64,000 bases of DNA from Octopus vulgaris (lineage: Eukaryota): positions 126,418,001 to 126,482,000 of the forward strand of contig OX597814.1 of the NCBI GenBank assembly GCA_951406725.2. Direction: 5' to 3'. Position numbers and translations under genes: made by a program. Below the pieces are notes generated by a model that was not told where the DNA came from, searched no databases, and saw only the letters and a program-made list of their open reading frames with translations. Within the stretch, counting starts at the first letter, position 1; the number at the start of each line of letters is the position of its first letter. Of this stretch, positions 1-14,564 are shown in pieces.

Positions 1-345
1 TTCATTATTCATGGCATCCTGAGCTTTATCATATTTATATCTTTCCTCACCTAAATTTAAAGTTGTGAGTGTATTATCAGGGCAATCATCACCTGGAACA
101 CAAGAGCACTGATAAACTGCTGTCTTTGGTCCTTTTCCTTCGTATATAAAATGTTCAAGCCATGTGGATCAAATTTCAGAATTTCCCTAGAAATATTATT
201 TCTCTCAGCCTGATGAGATTAGTATTCAGCCATGTGAATAAATGTGATTTAGTATGATGCTGTGTTCTTCAGAGACTGTTAATGTCCATTTTTAGAACAG
301 ACAGAATCTTTAAACAAATTTCAAGTTTCGCTACTGCTGCCATGG
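1..345 (-). mobile_element. Possible decayed Ty3/Gypsy gag fragment
   Basis: Broken frames give QQFISALVFQ and DNTLTTLNLGEERYKYDKAQDAMNNE, which resemble Gypsy gag N-termini; weak, by eye only. Confidence 0.25.
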
Positions 346-1566
346 TGCAATATACATGATCAAAGTGATTGAGAGTTAATGATAAATGCTCTACTTCATA
401 AAAGACCCCACTCGAGGGAAACAAGAGAGTAACACGCGTATTCTAACAAATCTTTTCTTATAGATCCTCCTATAGGAATTCTCCCATCCTAGAAATAATC
501 TTTGATTTCAATGATTATTTTCTTTACCTACCTCCTTCTACCCCATAGTGTTCATATTGTAAATCACACCAATACATTTATTGTACTTGATTCCCTATCA
601 GCATACCTATGTTCGTGATACACCTCTTTTGTACTTATTGATTTTATTATCTATATATTTCCTTCCTGTAATACAGTAATACACAAACATTAATACGTTT
701 TAATTGCTGAAGACTGCTCATTTTGCTTTTTCATGGGAATTATACTACTTATTCAATTACAGATTCTTAAGATCAGAATTATGAATGTTACTGTTTGTAC
801 AGCTTTTTTATTTTCTTCCCTATGAAATTAGCTTATCAGTTTATTTTTACTGAAAAAGGAAATCATACATCGCACCCAGTTTCTTTGGCTGATTTCTTAA
901 TATTACATATTCTTAGAATTGTCTCAGATATAAAAACTAAATATATATGTAAGAAAAAATGGGATGTGAAAAGTATTTTATTTGTGATATTTCTGAGAAA
1001 TAATGTCATTAAACACCTAAAAAATAGAACCAGACAACAAACACTATGCAATTATGAAATGATTGTAGTCCAAACATTGTAGTGAAATTCAATATGGAGC
1101 CAATTTTACTTTTGTTTTTCAAATCTTCTCATTTATTACTTTGATGATTTTTCTAGTAATTCAAACTGGAATCTGTACTTGGTCACATCAAATCATAAAT
1201 TAGTGGATGTTTATTATTTTGCCGCAAGAAGAATTTTGCAAATAAAACCAATTCTGTACTAACACCAAAAGCTTTATCTATAGTAAAATTTGTACTTGGT
1301 GCACTTTATAGTATTGACTAATAGTTATTTAGTTGTTCAAACTATATAATTTTCTCTTCTTTTATTCTTCTCATAAGAAATCATTTTGTAGAAATGCATA
1401 CTTACTAGAATTCTTATTTTAAATGGAACATTCATATTTAGAATGTTCTATTAGAGGTCACCATGTTGGTTATTTCATGGAATCCATTGAATTAGAATTG
1501 CAATAATAAAGATTTCTATAACATATTTTACCATTATTTATATTGTATTAATGCAAAACTTCTTAG

Positions 1567-1605
<39 letters not shown>

Positions 1606-2164
1606 CAGTCAAATGACTGAAACAAGTAAAAGAGTAATATAGGTACCCTAGTGACTTAATATACTGCAAACATCAACTAAATACTACCTTAATATTGCTT
1701 TTTTTGTCCTTTATTTATTTTGTTTATTTATTTTAAATTGAGTTTTCCCTACCAACCTTTATTATGTAATTGAAGACTTTATGTAACCAGAACCGCCATT
1801 TCCACTAGTCTTATTATAATGATTCTAATTGGTTGCCAGTGAGAAGTTAAATATTCTAAACCATCGATTAATGTTTGCAGCAAAGCCAGAATTCCTGAAT
1901 AAACCAGCAATCAAACTATTCTTGTCTTTAGCTACTATTTCAAATGAGTAATCTTTAGCATCAGTTGGATGTTATTTTATTATCAAATACAAGGTTATCA
2001 ATATCATATTCAACATTTTTATAATTATCCCATCCTAGTGTAGAGTGAGAAAAATAAGAATTTTCATTGATTGAGGAAAATATTTTTTTTTTAAAAACGT
2101 ACAATTTTTATTTTTTTATAAACATTTTAAAATTTATATCTCATTCTTTGTTTTCTATTTACAG

Positions 2165-2307
2165 TTCCTGATAACCTTCTGTTCTACACCCTCACTGGAA
2201 CTGGTCAAGTTGGTTTTCATGCTGTTGGCTGGCCGGTCACTCCTTATTTAACATTGGTTGGATGGAGCTCAAACCCAAGTGCTATCACCTATGACCCCAT
2301 TGAAAAA
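2165..2307 (+). CDS. LRP/LDLR-related protein, first exon in window (start of YWTD propeller 1)
   Basis: tttacag acceptor and gtaaga donor; translates xPDNLLFYTLTGTGQVG...SSNPSAITYDPIEK; phase 1 in, phase 0 out, joining VYWSD in the next exon. Absent from the ORF track. Confidence 0.85.
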
Positions 2308-3599
2308 GTAAGAGAGTTAATTGGTTTTTATACAAAACAGAATGAATGACAAGATGCAGTACAGTTTTTACTCAATGACTTCAATATTGATTACCTTCTA
2401 ATTAGTTGGAGTAGCCTTTAAACTGGTATTTGAATATAGATGCTATTTTTTGTTGTTTCTAGCTAAATCACAAGGAAAAATTTCAAAGACAAATTTCATC
2501 AAAATTCTTTCAGAACAGATGTATTCTATGTTAGAAGTAAATATACCATCAAATTACAGCTAATTATTTCCATGCATGACCATTACCAAAGACTTGTAGA
2601 GAATGAAAACTTTAATGTAGTTTCAAAGTAGAATATTATGTAAATATGTACAACAGTAAAACTGAGCTCTTTGAGGAGAAATTGTTTGATCATTCCAAAC
2701 AATTGCTATCCTGTCAAACCTGATTAGTGAGGCTTATTCAATAGCTATGTTCTTACTTCTCATTTCTACTCATGTTACACAATTTCCTCCACTCTTATTG
2801 GGTTATGCTCATTAAATCAGAACTGAAGTTCTGTATATCGACCTCTACTATGAACTCTAGTATATATAAATTGATTTTATAGTGTGATAACTATCTCTAC
2901 TATATGTAGACTGACACTATAGCGAGGTGACTACCAATCTATCTTGTCCTGTGGCCTTTATGACTAGTGGTACCATAGATGTTGGAGGAGGAAGATTAGT
3001 AATTCAGCAACCAAAATGACAGTCTTTGGTTGACAGCTGATGAGGATGGATGTAGCATGTGAAGAAGTATGCTGTATTATGGTAATGATAGGGATGTGTG
3101 TGCCAGCCAGCATGGAAAAACGAACATAAAATAAATGAATATATATATATATATACACACACACACCTACACACGTATACACACACATATTTGTATTTAT
3201 GGGAAATAAGTTTTTTTAAAAGTAGTGTGTTGAAAATATGACTAGGTTCTGATTAAATTTTTTTATAATATTTTCTCATATCTGCATATCAAACCCTTGT
3301 AGTTTGTTTTGAACAACAAAGTTCCCAAATTCATCTTTATCATCATTTCCAGGGTATCACAGCCTCATCTTCAGAATGTGGTTTTATCTTCTCTGCTACC
3401 CTATAAGTGTGCGTGTGCATGTGTGTGTATGTGTGTGTATGAATGTGCTTGAATAAATATAAATTGTATGTGTATGTTTTTTGTTTAGTAAAGACTGGAT
3501 AGGTTTATTTGAGATGTTTCGCCTAAATATAACTATTACTAAATAATAGCTAACTTCCAAGATTATACACTATTAGCATTACCCCTTAGGAAGCCAAAT

Positions 3600-3945
3600 G
3601 ACATGATGAGATAGACCCATAAGAAATCTAATCACACTCAGCTATTGTTAGGAATTTGGCTGCTGTAAAGAAATTTTCAACTTATCCTCCAATAACGAAA
3701 TTATAAGAAGCTACCCAGGAATAATTTTGGTGACAATATCCTATCGACCCAAAAGGAGGTCTGGTTCACACACACCCTCATAACTCTGACTCCACTACAA
3801 ATATTGTCAAGAAAATCCTATATCTTGTAAATCACCACTTTCCAACTACATATATATATATCATAAGCTCCTTAATGAACATAATGAGAAGATGAGCTAC
3901 TCCTCTCTAAACAATATCAATTCAAGCATCACACATTATAACTGA
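3600..3945 (+). mobile_element. Penelope-like element, RT C-terminal fragment
   Basis: Broken frames give ILYLVNHHFPTT...HKLLNEHNEKMSYSSLNNINSSITHYN, resembling the PLE motif LIDKHFP..HKLHKIFNRNTVKISYSCM.N..SII..HN. Confidence 0.55.
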
Positions 3946-3985
3946 AAACACACATCCACATGAATAGATGTGTGTGTGTACATAC

Positions 3986-4020
<35 letters not shown>

Positions 4021-4607
4021 TACACACCAATATCTGCCCCTACACCACCATATTTAAAACATATGTTTTGTCATGTTTGTATGGCTACTTCAGTCTTCTC
4101 TAGCACTGCATATCACCAATCAATATAGCTCTTGGTCATCTTATTCATGAGATGAATAACTTGAGATCAATTTTCACAAACCTTCAGTCTTCCTCATCCA
4201 GGGGAACCATTCATTTTGAGTGTTTAGCGCTTCTGTACACATTGCATACCTGTACTATCACTGCCTTGCACATTATACCTGGTTTCTCTTATAGACAGTT
4301 TTCCTCTCAGTTCATTTGTACTCTGTCATTTATGTTCACTAACATAACATATCCTGAGGAGCACTCTTGCTCCATTTGTCACTCATCTTTACAAACAAAA
4401 CCTTTGTGATCAAGGCCCATGTCTCACTACCATACAGCATCACATGCTAGGGATGTGTGTGTATGTGTATGCGTGTATGTATGACAAGTGTAGTATGTAT
4501 GACAAGTGTGGTATGTATGACAAGTGTGCCTGAGGTTTTAAAGACTTAGTAGCTCAGTTTTTATGTTATTTCAAAGAACAAATGAAAGCCATTTCCTTCA
4601 CTTTCAG

Positions 4608-4716
4608 ACTGTCTATTGGAGTGATGTCACTGAACACGCCATTTATACTTCAAACCTTGATGGATCAAACAGAAATATTTTCTTAAATGCCTCCCACGGT
4701 ATAGCAATAGTCGATG
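4608..4716 (+). CDS. LRP-like exon 2 (YWTD repeat)
   Basis: tttcag/gttggt; TVYWSDVTEHAIYTSNLDGSNRNIFLNASHGIAIVDG; phase 0 to 1. Confidence 0.92.
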
Positions 4717-6140
4717 GTTGGTATATCTTTGATCTTAATTTTCTTTATCACCCAGAGTAAATAGTCAAGTCTAAATAAAAGAAATATCTATAATAAGAAT
4801 AATCTTAATATTTATCTTGAAAACTATTCCTACAAAGCTCAAATTTATTTACAGTGATGATTACTTGTCTCCAGACATACTTCCTCTGTATTCTTTTCTC
4901 AGCCAAATCTATAATTGTTCTCGTCAGTTCATTAACAAATATTATTTGCTTAATACAGCCAGATTCTGAATAATTATAGATATTTGAATCAAACCTGATT
5001 AATCTTGTATTATTAGTACACCATAACTCTATTAACATGAGTTGATTCAAACTCCCAGGTGTTCATATATCAGTCAACCTTTCCTCAGCTTAATGTTCAC
5101 CCTGCCTGATAAAGAAAACATTTTTAAAGTCTAATGATTACTTGATTTTCTTTGAATGTAAAGGAAATTTAAATTCAGCAGTGATGTGCAGAGGAACTTT
5201 TACCATTTTATCATACAGTCAATTATTGCAAAATCAATATGAATGTGTGGTGTGCAAACATCACGCCTCATGAGTGCATATCTCTTTAGAATGTTGTGTT
5301 CACAAGTGGGAAAATTATTGATACTGTTTTCTCCAACCTCTATGGCAGAGTACCCTAAGTTAAGTGCTATTGCCCCCTTTGGAGACATAATGATCTCATA
5401 AAGGAGATGGCAGATGTCAAGTAAGTGCTGGGAATACTGGGTGTTTGGAGGGGGTTTTTTTTTTAAAAAGATAAAATATTTAAACTAGGTGCAACACTTA
5501 CATCTGAACATTTTTTTTTAAAATCTCTGTTGAGACTAAAATGCAAAAAAGACTGTTATCAGTGAGAAAGTATTTTTTATCATAAGTTTGAATTAGCCAA
5601 GGTCTTGTATATGAAATTTGGCAGCTGAGAAGTATGCAGAAACCCCTTAGATGGGCTGTAATCTTTTCTTAGAAGTAATCTTGTTTAACACCACCATTTG
5701 ATCCTTGGATGATTTCAGTGGTTTTCACTCTGTTGCAAGCCATTTGGACCAGGTAGCCAGTCTGAGGATAACATACTCTTTTTCTCCTGCTAGTGACAGA
5801 GACTCTGAAAAAGAGACATGAGTGTTGCCATTTAACCTCTGACTAAACCATAAGAAAGAAAATTTTTTTTTTGTTTTTTTTTTTTTTTTAGAATTAAGGA
5901 ACAAAATAATAATAATGTCAGCATCAACAGAGATCAAACCAAATCTTTGCAGTAATCAATTCAATAAAAGACTAGACCTGTTTTTCAAGATAACTCAAAT
6001 AAATTCATAACTGAATTATTAAAAAACAATCTCATAAGAAAAGAATTCTATTCTATCTCTTTCTTAAGAAAAGCCATATTTTCTTATTTTCCTCACAATT
6101 ACATTATTCCTTGTATTTACTGTTTATATATATGTACATG

Positions 6141-6197
<57 letters not shown>

Positions 6198-6539
6198 AAT
6201 GTCAGAGTAACTTATTACTTTATTTCATTTTGCCATTTTATAAAGTCTCTTTATATAATATAAAAACTTATTGTTATTATATTTCCTCTTCTTTTTAAAT
6301 ATTGTTTATTTATCATTGTAACTTATCATTACACTGTTTCTCCTCACTACTCTACAAACTCTGAAACTATCATTTTGTATTTATATACCAGAGGCATCTG
6401 TTAGTCTCTCAAGACCATCGATCTGTTCCTGGAAAAACTTGCTTTAATTTTCTTGGCAGAGCAGCATCTGCTGTGACTATAGAGACTTACAGGTGAAGAC
6501 AGTCTCAGCTGCAGTGACTGCATTTTAAGGCACTATCTG

Positions 6540-6855
6540 CCAGCCTTGTGTGTGTTTGCATAGCGAGGTCATTGCCAGTACCGCTGGACTGGCTCCTGTG
6601 CAGGTGGCACATAAAAAAACACCATTTGAGCGTGGCTATTGCCAGTACTGCCTGACTGGCCCTCATGCCGGTGGCATCTAAAAGCATCCACTACACTCTC
6701 AGAGTGGTTGGCATTAGGAAGGGCATCTAGCTGTAGAAGCTCTGCAAGATCAGATTGGAGCCTGGTGCAGCCACCATCTGGTTCGCCAGTTTTCAGTCAA
6801 ATCGTCCAACCCATGCTAGCATGGAAAGTGGACGTTAAATGATGATGATGATGAT
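6540..6855 (+). mobile_element. RTE-type retroelement 3' end with (GAT)n tail
   Basis: gagtggttggcattaggaagggcatc...ccaacccatgctagcatggaaagtggacgttaaatgatgatgat; close copy at 29340-29590 and shorter matches at ~22900, ~43370 and ~50570. Confidence 0.65.
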
Positions 6856-7447
6856 ATATATATATTCACACTCCCACACTAATAATTTATTACTTTATTT
6901 TTTATTATTTTATAAGCTATTTTTATATATAGAAACCTTAGTGAAAAAGCATGGCCTAGTCATTAGGACTGTTGAGCTCACATTCATAAAGTCATGAGCT
7001 TGATTTGTGGGACTAGGCAGTGCATTGCATCCTTCAGCAAAGCACATCATTTCACATTATTCCAGTCTGCTCATCAGAAAATGTGTACCGACAGACATAT
7101 AACCCACTCTCCTTCCAGCTGGCCACATCCTGAATGTCCCACTGGGTCAAGGGCGATACAATGCAAATAGTGTCTATGTCTCTTCACAACAACATAGGCA
7201 CCTAAAACAATTAGCAAAAGTATGATACTATCTACCAAGTCATACTCACTTGTGAGTAATGGCTAAGTTCAAACAACTTCATGCTACTCTATATGTTCTG
7301 TTTATGTATTATAGTAACCTCAATCTACTTTATATACTGTGTTTATATACCATAAACATACATCACTATTCTATTTCTTGATACTTCATCACCCTATAAC
7401 AAGGGTTGACAATATGGTAGCTAAAGAATTACTTTCATTTCTCACAG

Positions 7448-7634
7448 GTTTAGCAATTGATTGGTTACAGAGACGTCTGTACTTCACTAACCTTGGTCTA
7501 GACTTCCATGGAGTTGATGGGTCAACCTGTTCCTCTCATACCATTGAGATGATTAGTTTGGATGGTAGAATACGACAAACCATTATTACTGACTTACAGA
7601 AGCCTCGTGGCATCACTATTGATAACCAGAATGG
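7448..7634 (+). CDS. LRP-like exon 3 (YWTD repeat)
   Basis: cacag/gtgagt; GLAIDWLQRRLYFTN...IEMISLDGRIRQTIITDLQKPRGITIDNQNG; phase 1 to 2. Confidence 0.93.
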
Positions 7635-8603
7635 GTGAGTTGTTTGTTTTTGTTTTTTTTGTAGTGATTACTTAAAGAAAGGATCATGTGTTTGTGCTCC
7701 TGGCACTGTATTTGTATGTGTGTTATTAAGCACCAGGTCAACCGTAGTCAAGTTGACTTATGATAGCAGTCTTGATCATCCTTTTTTTTTTAATATATGT
7801 AAGACTACATTATTTAATGTGTTCTTTCCTTATTGAACATGATAGAATGTGATTTGAGGAAGATTTGGCTGCAATTTCTAGCATGTCAGACGATTACATA
7901 TGGATTCTTTCAGTGACTCAACAGAGGCTCCTTTGTTGTTTTATGGTATGTGAGTATGTCTGTGTGAACATTTTAATGTATCTACATGTGTCTATATGTG
8001 TGAGCATATATGTGTGTGGAGGGTCTTTCAATTCTTGATGGATTTGTAGAAATACTGCTATGAAACACAACATGTCTTAAGCATTTATAGACCTGACATA
8101 GCTCATTCCTCTCCAGATCAGATCTCAGCTAATTTTTTTCCAGAAAGACAGACAAACAAACAGAAAGAAGAGAATCAACTGCAGTACATGACTAGTACTT
8201 TATTTATTGATACCAAAAATATAAAAGGCAAAGTTGACTGTGTAATATTTGAACTCAGATCACAAAGAGCTAGAAGGAATGTCACAAGATAATCTCTCTG
8301 ATGCCCTAATGATTTGCCCATGTGGTTACCTTACATGTATGCATATGGAGGTGGTGCAAGTAAAAAGACAATTGGTACACTGTATGGTTTTCAAAATTGA
8401 AGTGTTTTCAGACACTAAAAAAGGAGAATAATTTTTCTTGGTACTGTCCCCACTCCAACAATATGTGGTTTCTGTGAATGACTATCAGAGTTTATAAAAG
8501 TTGTCTGTTTGTAGTAAGATGGTTAAACTATTTGATACATCCATTATATTTTTGTCTGATGTAGTTGTGAAGTTCAGCATCTAACTCTGCCTATGTTTAT
8601 ATA

Positions 8604-9663
8604 CCAGGTTGAGTCAAAAGTTTTTTCAAGTTTTAATTAATAGTTCAAACAAAGTACATATGCAAAGTGTTTATTCATTAAAATATATCCTATCATATTC
8701 TGTTGTCTGTTGCCTTTGTTGTGCCAGGTGCTCAATTCCATGCTTACATCGTTTGGCTGGTTTAGAGGTAGAGAACTCCCTACACACGTTTTCAACCTCA
8801 TCCACATTGTTGAACCCCTACCCATGCAGGAAATGAGTCATGACTCAGAAAAGGTGGTAATTTGATGGTGCAAGGTGTTTAGATTTTAGGCAAGGTGAGA
8901 CAGCACTTCCAACCCCTCAAGTTCCTCAAGTCTATGCTGAGTTCCTCAAGTTTATGAACACATTGGTAGTGTGTGCTGGGACATTGTCATGCTCTAGAAG
9001 TGTGTGTATTTGATTGAACAATACTGGGAAGCAGGCTTTCAAAGCTTCAGGTATTCACTGCAGTTGTAAAGCATAAAAGTTAGTGTTCACAGTATGACCT
9101 TCCATTCAAACCACACTTGTTTGACGAGTTCTGAAACCTGACCAAAATGAAGCCTCTAATTTCTCTTATTAGGAATATAGATGCATTTCCATCCCCAGTT
9201 ACAATTTAACACCAAAATTGGGCATCTCAATGATTTTCCAACAGTTGTTTACAAACATTCACATGTCATTGAGCCTGATCATTGGTCAATTCAGAAGTTT
9301 CTTAACTATCTGTTCACAAGGCAAAGCTAATGGAGATATCAACTGATAGTTCTGCCAACAATATATGAATGCTTGTGCTTGGCTGTTGCTTAGCTATTTC
9401 AAGCAAGGCCTCATCATCCACAACTGAAGATCTCCCTGACCTCAGATTGTCATTGAGGTTGATGACACCTTCTTTGAAATGTGTGAACCAGTTTTGTGCC
9501 ACACATTTATAGACAGTTCCTGAGCTTTCCACATCATTAATTTCTTTTGCTGTCACTCACTCAGAACTTTTCCCTGCATGTAGCATAAAATGGCTCTGAT
9601 TGAAATTTTTAGATTACTCATTACCAAACCTGTAAAATAAAAAATAATTTTGATTCAACCCAA
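8604..9663 (-). mobile_element. Degenerate mariner transposon
   Basis: TA-flanked imperfect TIRs (ccaggttgagtcaaaa / ttttgattcaacccaa); remnant ORF TAKEINDV...VAQNWFTHFKEG..NLNDNLRSGRSSVVDDEAL, typical of the mariner HTH region. Confidence 0.8.
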
Positions 9664-10733
9664 TATGTTTGCTTGCACTTCTATGTGTAGCCTTTATTTC
9701 TAACAACATGATTCTATTTCTGTGTTTGTGTATGTGTATATGCTTATATTTCTGTGTGTATATATATTTGTGTGTGTGTGCCTATATGTATATTCATGTG
9801 TATGTGTGTGTTTATGAATACTTATATATATATATATATATATATATTTGTGTGTATGCTTGTGAGTGTTTATTTGTGTATATGTCAATGTGTGTGGCAT
9901 ATACACAAATATATCTGTATTTGTATGTTTGTTTGTTTGAGTATATATACATATGTACACAAGTGCATGCATGTATTGGGTTAAATCCGACTGTGTGTAT
10001 CTATATCTGTTTGTAACTACACTGTAAGGGTTTATTTTAATTCATTTCAAAATTGTTGATGACCACATTCTAAAATTCTTTGAAGAAATAGTTATTTTAG
10101 AATATTTGATTAAATCACAGATTTCCAACTTAATGTATTCTACTACCATATAATAACAACAACAGCAACAACAATAACATGATAGGAATAATAATAATAT
10201 TAATTCTCTCATTTATTGGTCACAAGAGTCTCATTCATACAATAATGTGTTACAGGAGGTTTTACAGGAAGTGTCAGAATATGCAAATACTGTTATATAA
10301 AAACGAAGTGGCTTGCAGAAAGTGTGTTATACAAAATATAAAGACCTTAAAATTTTGAAGCAAATAAATATATACAATAGATAAATATATATATATGTGT
10401 GTGTGTACAATTGTAAATAGCTAAATACAAATAAAATTCAAATAAAATCAAATAAGGAAAATCAATACATGTTTAAGAAAACACCTCTTAGATTGGATGA
10501 CAGCACCTAACTTCCTCTCCTGATTCTTACATTTGAAGCTTAATTTCTCATCCTCTTTTCACATATCATCTACTTGGTCCTCCACCAGGTCATTCAGAAT
10601 TCATCCATGATTTAAGCACCTTGGAATCCCTTGTAAACCTGAGCAAAGCTTTCTGCTTGGATCCATTCCCCTAGTGTGCTTTTTTTTTTGTTATATATTT
10701 TGCCCATTCATTCATACAATAAAATCATACATA

Positions 10734-11619
10734 TGAGGAGGTACCAAAAAAACCCAGAATTTTACATTATTTTATTAACTTAGTTTTACATGTTTACACT
10801 TTTATCACCTTCAAAATTTTCTCCATTTGAAGCACTGTATCAGTCCAGATGCATTTTCCAGTGTTCAAAGCAGTCCTGGAACTTTTGTGAAGTGTTGCCC
10901 TTTAACACCTCCATCATTTTTTCCCCACCTCTTCCACATCTGAAAATTCCATAGCAGCAGCTTTCATCACCAGTGATGACTTTTGGAAAAAGATCAACTT
11001 CCAACCGTTCTTTCATTTCACAACATGCATTCATTTGTGACTGCTTTTAATCTTCTATGAGCAAGTGAGGCACAAATTTTGCTACAACTCTTTTAATTCG
11101 CAATTCCTCACTCAAAACTTCTTGGCATGAACTTTAGGATACACCAATCATATCAACTAGTTTGTCAATTGTTCAGCGACTCCAAGATCAGTTCATAAAT
11201 TTTCACGATGTTTTCATTCACTTGGGAAGTCAGTGGTTGACCTGAATGTGGTTGGTCTTCAAGCAACAAGTGATCATTCCTAAAACGTGAAAACCATTCA
11301 TAAACTTGTGATTTGCTCATGGTAGCATCCTTGTAAGCTGTTTGAAGCATGACAACTGTTTTGGCCGCTGTTTTCCCCAGCAGAAAACAGAATTCCATGG
11401 AAGCATGTTGTTTCTTCATTTCAGCCGTCATAAAAATCAACAAACAGGGGAGAAGACTGCAAAACAAAGACACACTATGTAGCAGTATGACTTCACTCGA
11501 TGATGCTGGTCAGCAGACTGATGCCTGAGGGTTGTATCAAGTGGCTTCTAGCAACAGAAGCCTAAACTGCAAGTTTGTCCCACAGAGAATGTTTCTAGTT
11601 ACTTTTGGCTATCCCCTCG
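10734..11619 (-). mobile_element. Internally deleted mariner transposon
   Basis: TA-flanked TIRs (tgaggaggtaccaaaa / ttttggctatcccctcg); ORF remnants QHASMEFCFLLGKTAAKT...VYEWFSRFR...EDQPHSGQP and KVITGDES (first D of the DDD triad). Confidence 0.85.
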
Positions 11620-11699
11620 TAGGTGTTAAAAATGTGAGGATGAACATTATAAATGTTCTATATAAAATCAAGGGGAGGAACAATGACATTATACAACAC

Positions 11700-12083
11700 T
11701 CTTACTCTTTTACTTGTTTCAGTCATTTGACTGTGACCATGCTGAAGCACCGCCTTTTAGTTGAGCAAATCAACCTCAGGACTTAATTTTTGTAAGCCTA
11801 GTGCTTATTCTATCGGTCTCTTTCGCCGAACCGCTAAGCTACAGGGACGTAAACAAACCAGCATCAGTTGTCAAGCGATGTTGGGGGGACAAACATACAC
11901 ACATATATATACACATATACAATGGGCTTCTTTCAGTTTCCATCTATCAAATCCACTCACCATGCTTTGGTCAACTCGAGGCTATAGTAGAAGACACTTG
12001 CCCAAGGTGCCACGCAGTGGGACTGAACCCAGAACCATGTGGTTGATAAGCAAGCTACTTACCACACAGCCACTCCTACACCT
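11700..12083 (-). mobile_element. tRNA-derived SINE, family A
   Basis: Reverse complement of the copy at 12693; tRNA-like head, internal CA/TA repeat, gactgaaacaagtaaaagag tail. Confidence 0.85.
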
Positions 12084-12692
12084 AACATGTTATTTTTATT
12101 TTTAAATTGCACAAAATATCTATGTACCTTTTTCTTTTTTTTGTGTCTTTCTTTTCTTCCCATATTATTAACTCTGTTTGCCTGTATGCCATTCCTGTTC
12201 ACTGCTCATCTGATTCTCCTTCCTCATTATCACAAGAAAATGGAGTGATACTACTGGCATGAAGGTTCTCAGTTTCCTGGTTGTTAACTCCTGGATTTGA
12301 GAATGAGGAGAGTTTTTCGGCCATCCTCAGAGCTTCTAGCATTTGGCTTGCTTTCTTGCTCTATGTTCAAATTTAAAAATTAGGATGTAATCCTATATGC
12401 CCTAACCTGAGTAGCAGAGGAGCTATCATTTCGCACATCAACCAGAGCTACAGTCATTTGTTCCTTTGAAGATATCAGGAAATTAGCTCTGCTCTTGGTA
12501 ATGCAGAAATAATTGAATAGATGATATTCTTATTCTGTTGTCCTGATAAAGAATTCTGGCAGGGATGTGCTACTTCTGGTCAAATAACTGTGCGAGGTAG
12601 ATATTTTCTCAGCCAGATAGGTCATGTTTGGTACCTCTGTTTCTGGCAGCATCAGCAAAAAAAATCTAATACCTTTTTCACTGTTTTCTTTA

Positions 12693-13085
12693 GGCACAGG
12701 AGTGGCTGTGTAGTAAGTACCTTGCTTACCAACCACATGGTTCCGGGTTCAGTCCCACTGCGTGGCACCTTGGCAAGTGTCTTCTACTATAGCCTCAGGC
12801 CGACCAAAGCCTTGTGAGTGGATTTGGTATATGGAAACTGATAGAAGCTCGTCATATATATGTATGTGTGTGTGTTTGTGTATCTGTTTTTGTCCCCCAA
12901 CATCGCTTGACAACCGATGCTGGTATGTTTACATCCCCGTAACTTAGTGATTCGGCAAAAGAGACTGATAGAATAAGTACTAGGCTTACAAAGAATAGGT
13001 CATGGGGTCGATTTGCTCAACTAAAGGCGGTGCTCCAGCATGGCCACAGTCAAATGACTGAAACAAGTAAAAGTGTAAAAGAGTA
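12693..13085 (+). mobile_element. tRNA-derived SINE, family A
   Basis: ggcacaggagtggctgtgtagtaag (A-box-like) and ggttcagtccc (B-box-like); near-identical copies at 11700, 13995 and 34354, partial copies at 32780 and 43935. Confidence 0.85.
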
Positions 13086-13994
13086 TATGACAAATTGTGT
13101 GTGCATGCATATGTGCTGTTATTGTTGTTATTACTTGCATAGTTGCATTTTTGGATATTAGATTGTGATTGGCTGTGCTTACAGTGTATGTGTGTTTGTG
13201 TGCACTGTTGTTATTGTTGTGAAAATTTGCATTTTTAAGTATTAAATTTTTATTGGCTATACTTGTACGCAGTGTTTGTGTGTGTATTGTTATTTTTGTG
13301 CAAATTTGCATTTTGGGTTTTAAGTTCTGATTGGCTATGCTTGTGGGTGTATATGTTGATTTAATTGTCATTTTTCCTTTCTTTTTTATTTTGTTTTGAG
13401 GGAACATATCTAATACTCTCATTTTTATTATTCTTATTCATGTAGAGAAGCCATATTGAGATATATAACAAACAAGAAATTTTGGTAAAATAAAATGTCT
13501 AAAAGACAGACCTTCTGCCTACCCTATATATTAGCTTAGGATAGCTGTTTTGACATTCCAAGTACCTTATTTATACAATAATTCAAAAAGGAAAAATTTT
13601 AATCCAGAAAAAATTTAGTTATAATCTTATTTTATCTGAGAGTCTTTGCAGCACACAGTAAACAAAATAATAATAATTTTTCAAATTTTGGCACAAGGCT
13701 AACAATTTTAGAGGCAGGTAATAAGTCAATTAGATCAGCTCCACTATTCAACTGGTACTTATTTTATTGACCCAGAAGGATAAAAGGCAAAGTTGACCTT
13801 GGTAGAATTTGAACTCAGAATGTAAAGAGCCAGAAGAAATGTCATTAAGCACTTAGTCGAACATGCTGACAGTTCTCATCATATTCATGATAATGATGAT
13901 GGTTTAGCATTTTGAGGAAAAGAACTAGTTGATACCATTGAACCTAGTACTTGACTGGTACTTTATTTTAACAAACTCAGAGGGCTACTCTCTC

Positions 13995-14405
13995 TTTACT
14001 CTTTTACTTGTTTCAGTCATGTGACTGTGGCCATACTGGAGCACCACCTTTAGTCGAGCAAATCACCCCCAGGACTTATTCTTTGTAAGCCTAGTACTTA
14101 TTCTATCAGTCTCTTTTTGCTGAACCACTAAGTTACGGGGACGTAAACACACCAGCATCGGTTGTCAAGTGATGATGGGGGGGGGCAAACACAGACACAC
14201 AAACATATACACACATACATACAAATATATATACATATATACGACAGGCTTCTTTCAATTTTTGTTTACCAAATCCACTCACAAGGCTTTGGTCAGCCTG
14301 AGGCTATAGTAGAAGACACTTGCCCAAGGTGCCACACAGTGGGACTAAACCTGGAACCATGTGGTTCATAAGCAAGCTACTTACCACACAGCCACTCCTA
14401 CACCT
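13995..14405 (-). mobile_element. tRNA-derived SINE, family A
   Basis: Full-length reverse copy of the 12693 element. Confidence 0.85.
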
Positions 14406-14564
14406 AGTTTAACTACAGTGGATATTCAGTTCAGAACAGAAAGAGCTAGAAGAAATGCTGCAAAGCATATTTTCTAAGGTACTAATGATTCTGACTACTT
14501 GGTAATAATTACTATTTCTTTTATTGGCCATAGGGGTCCAAGACATTGAGAACATTAATAATAA

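Noticed and set aside
700-800. ctgaaga motif as a possible hammerhead core
   Set aside because: No paired stem II or GAAA box could be found downstream.
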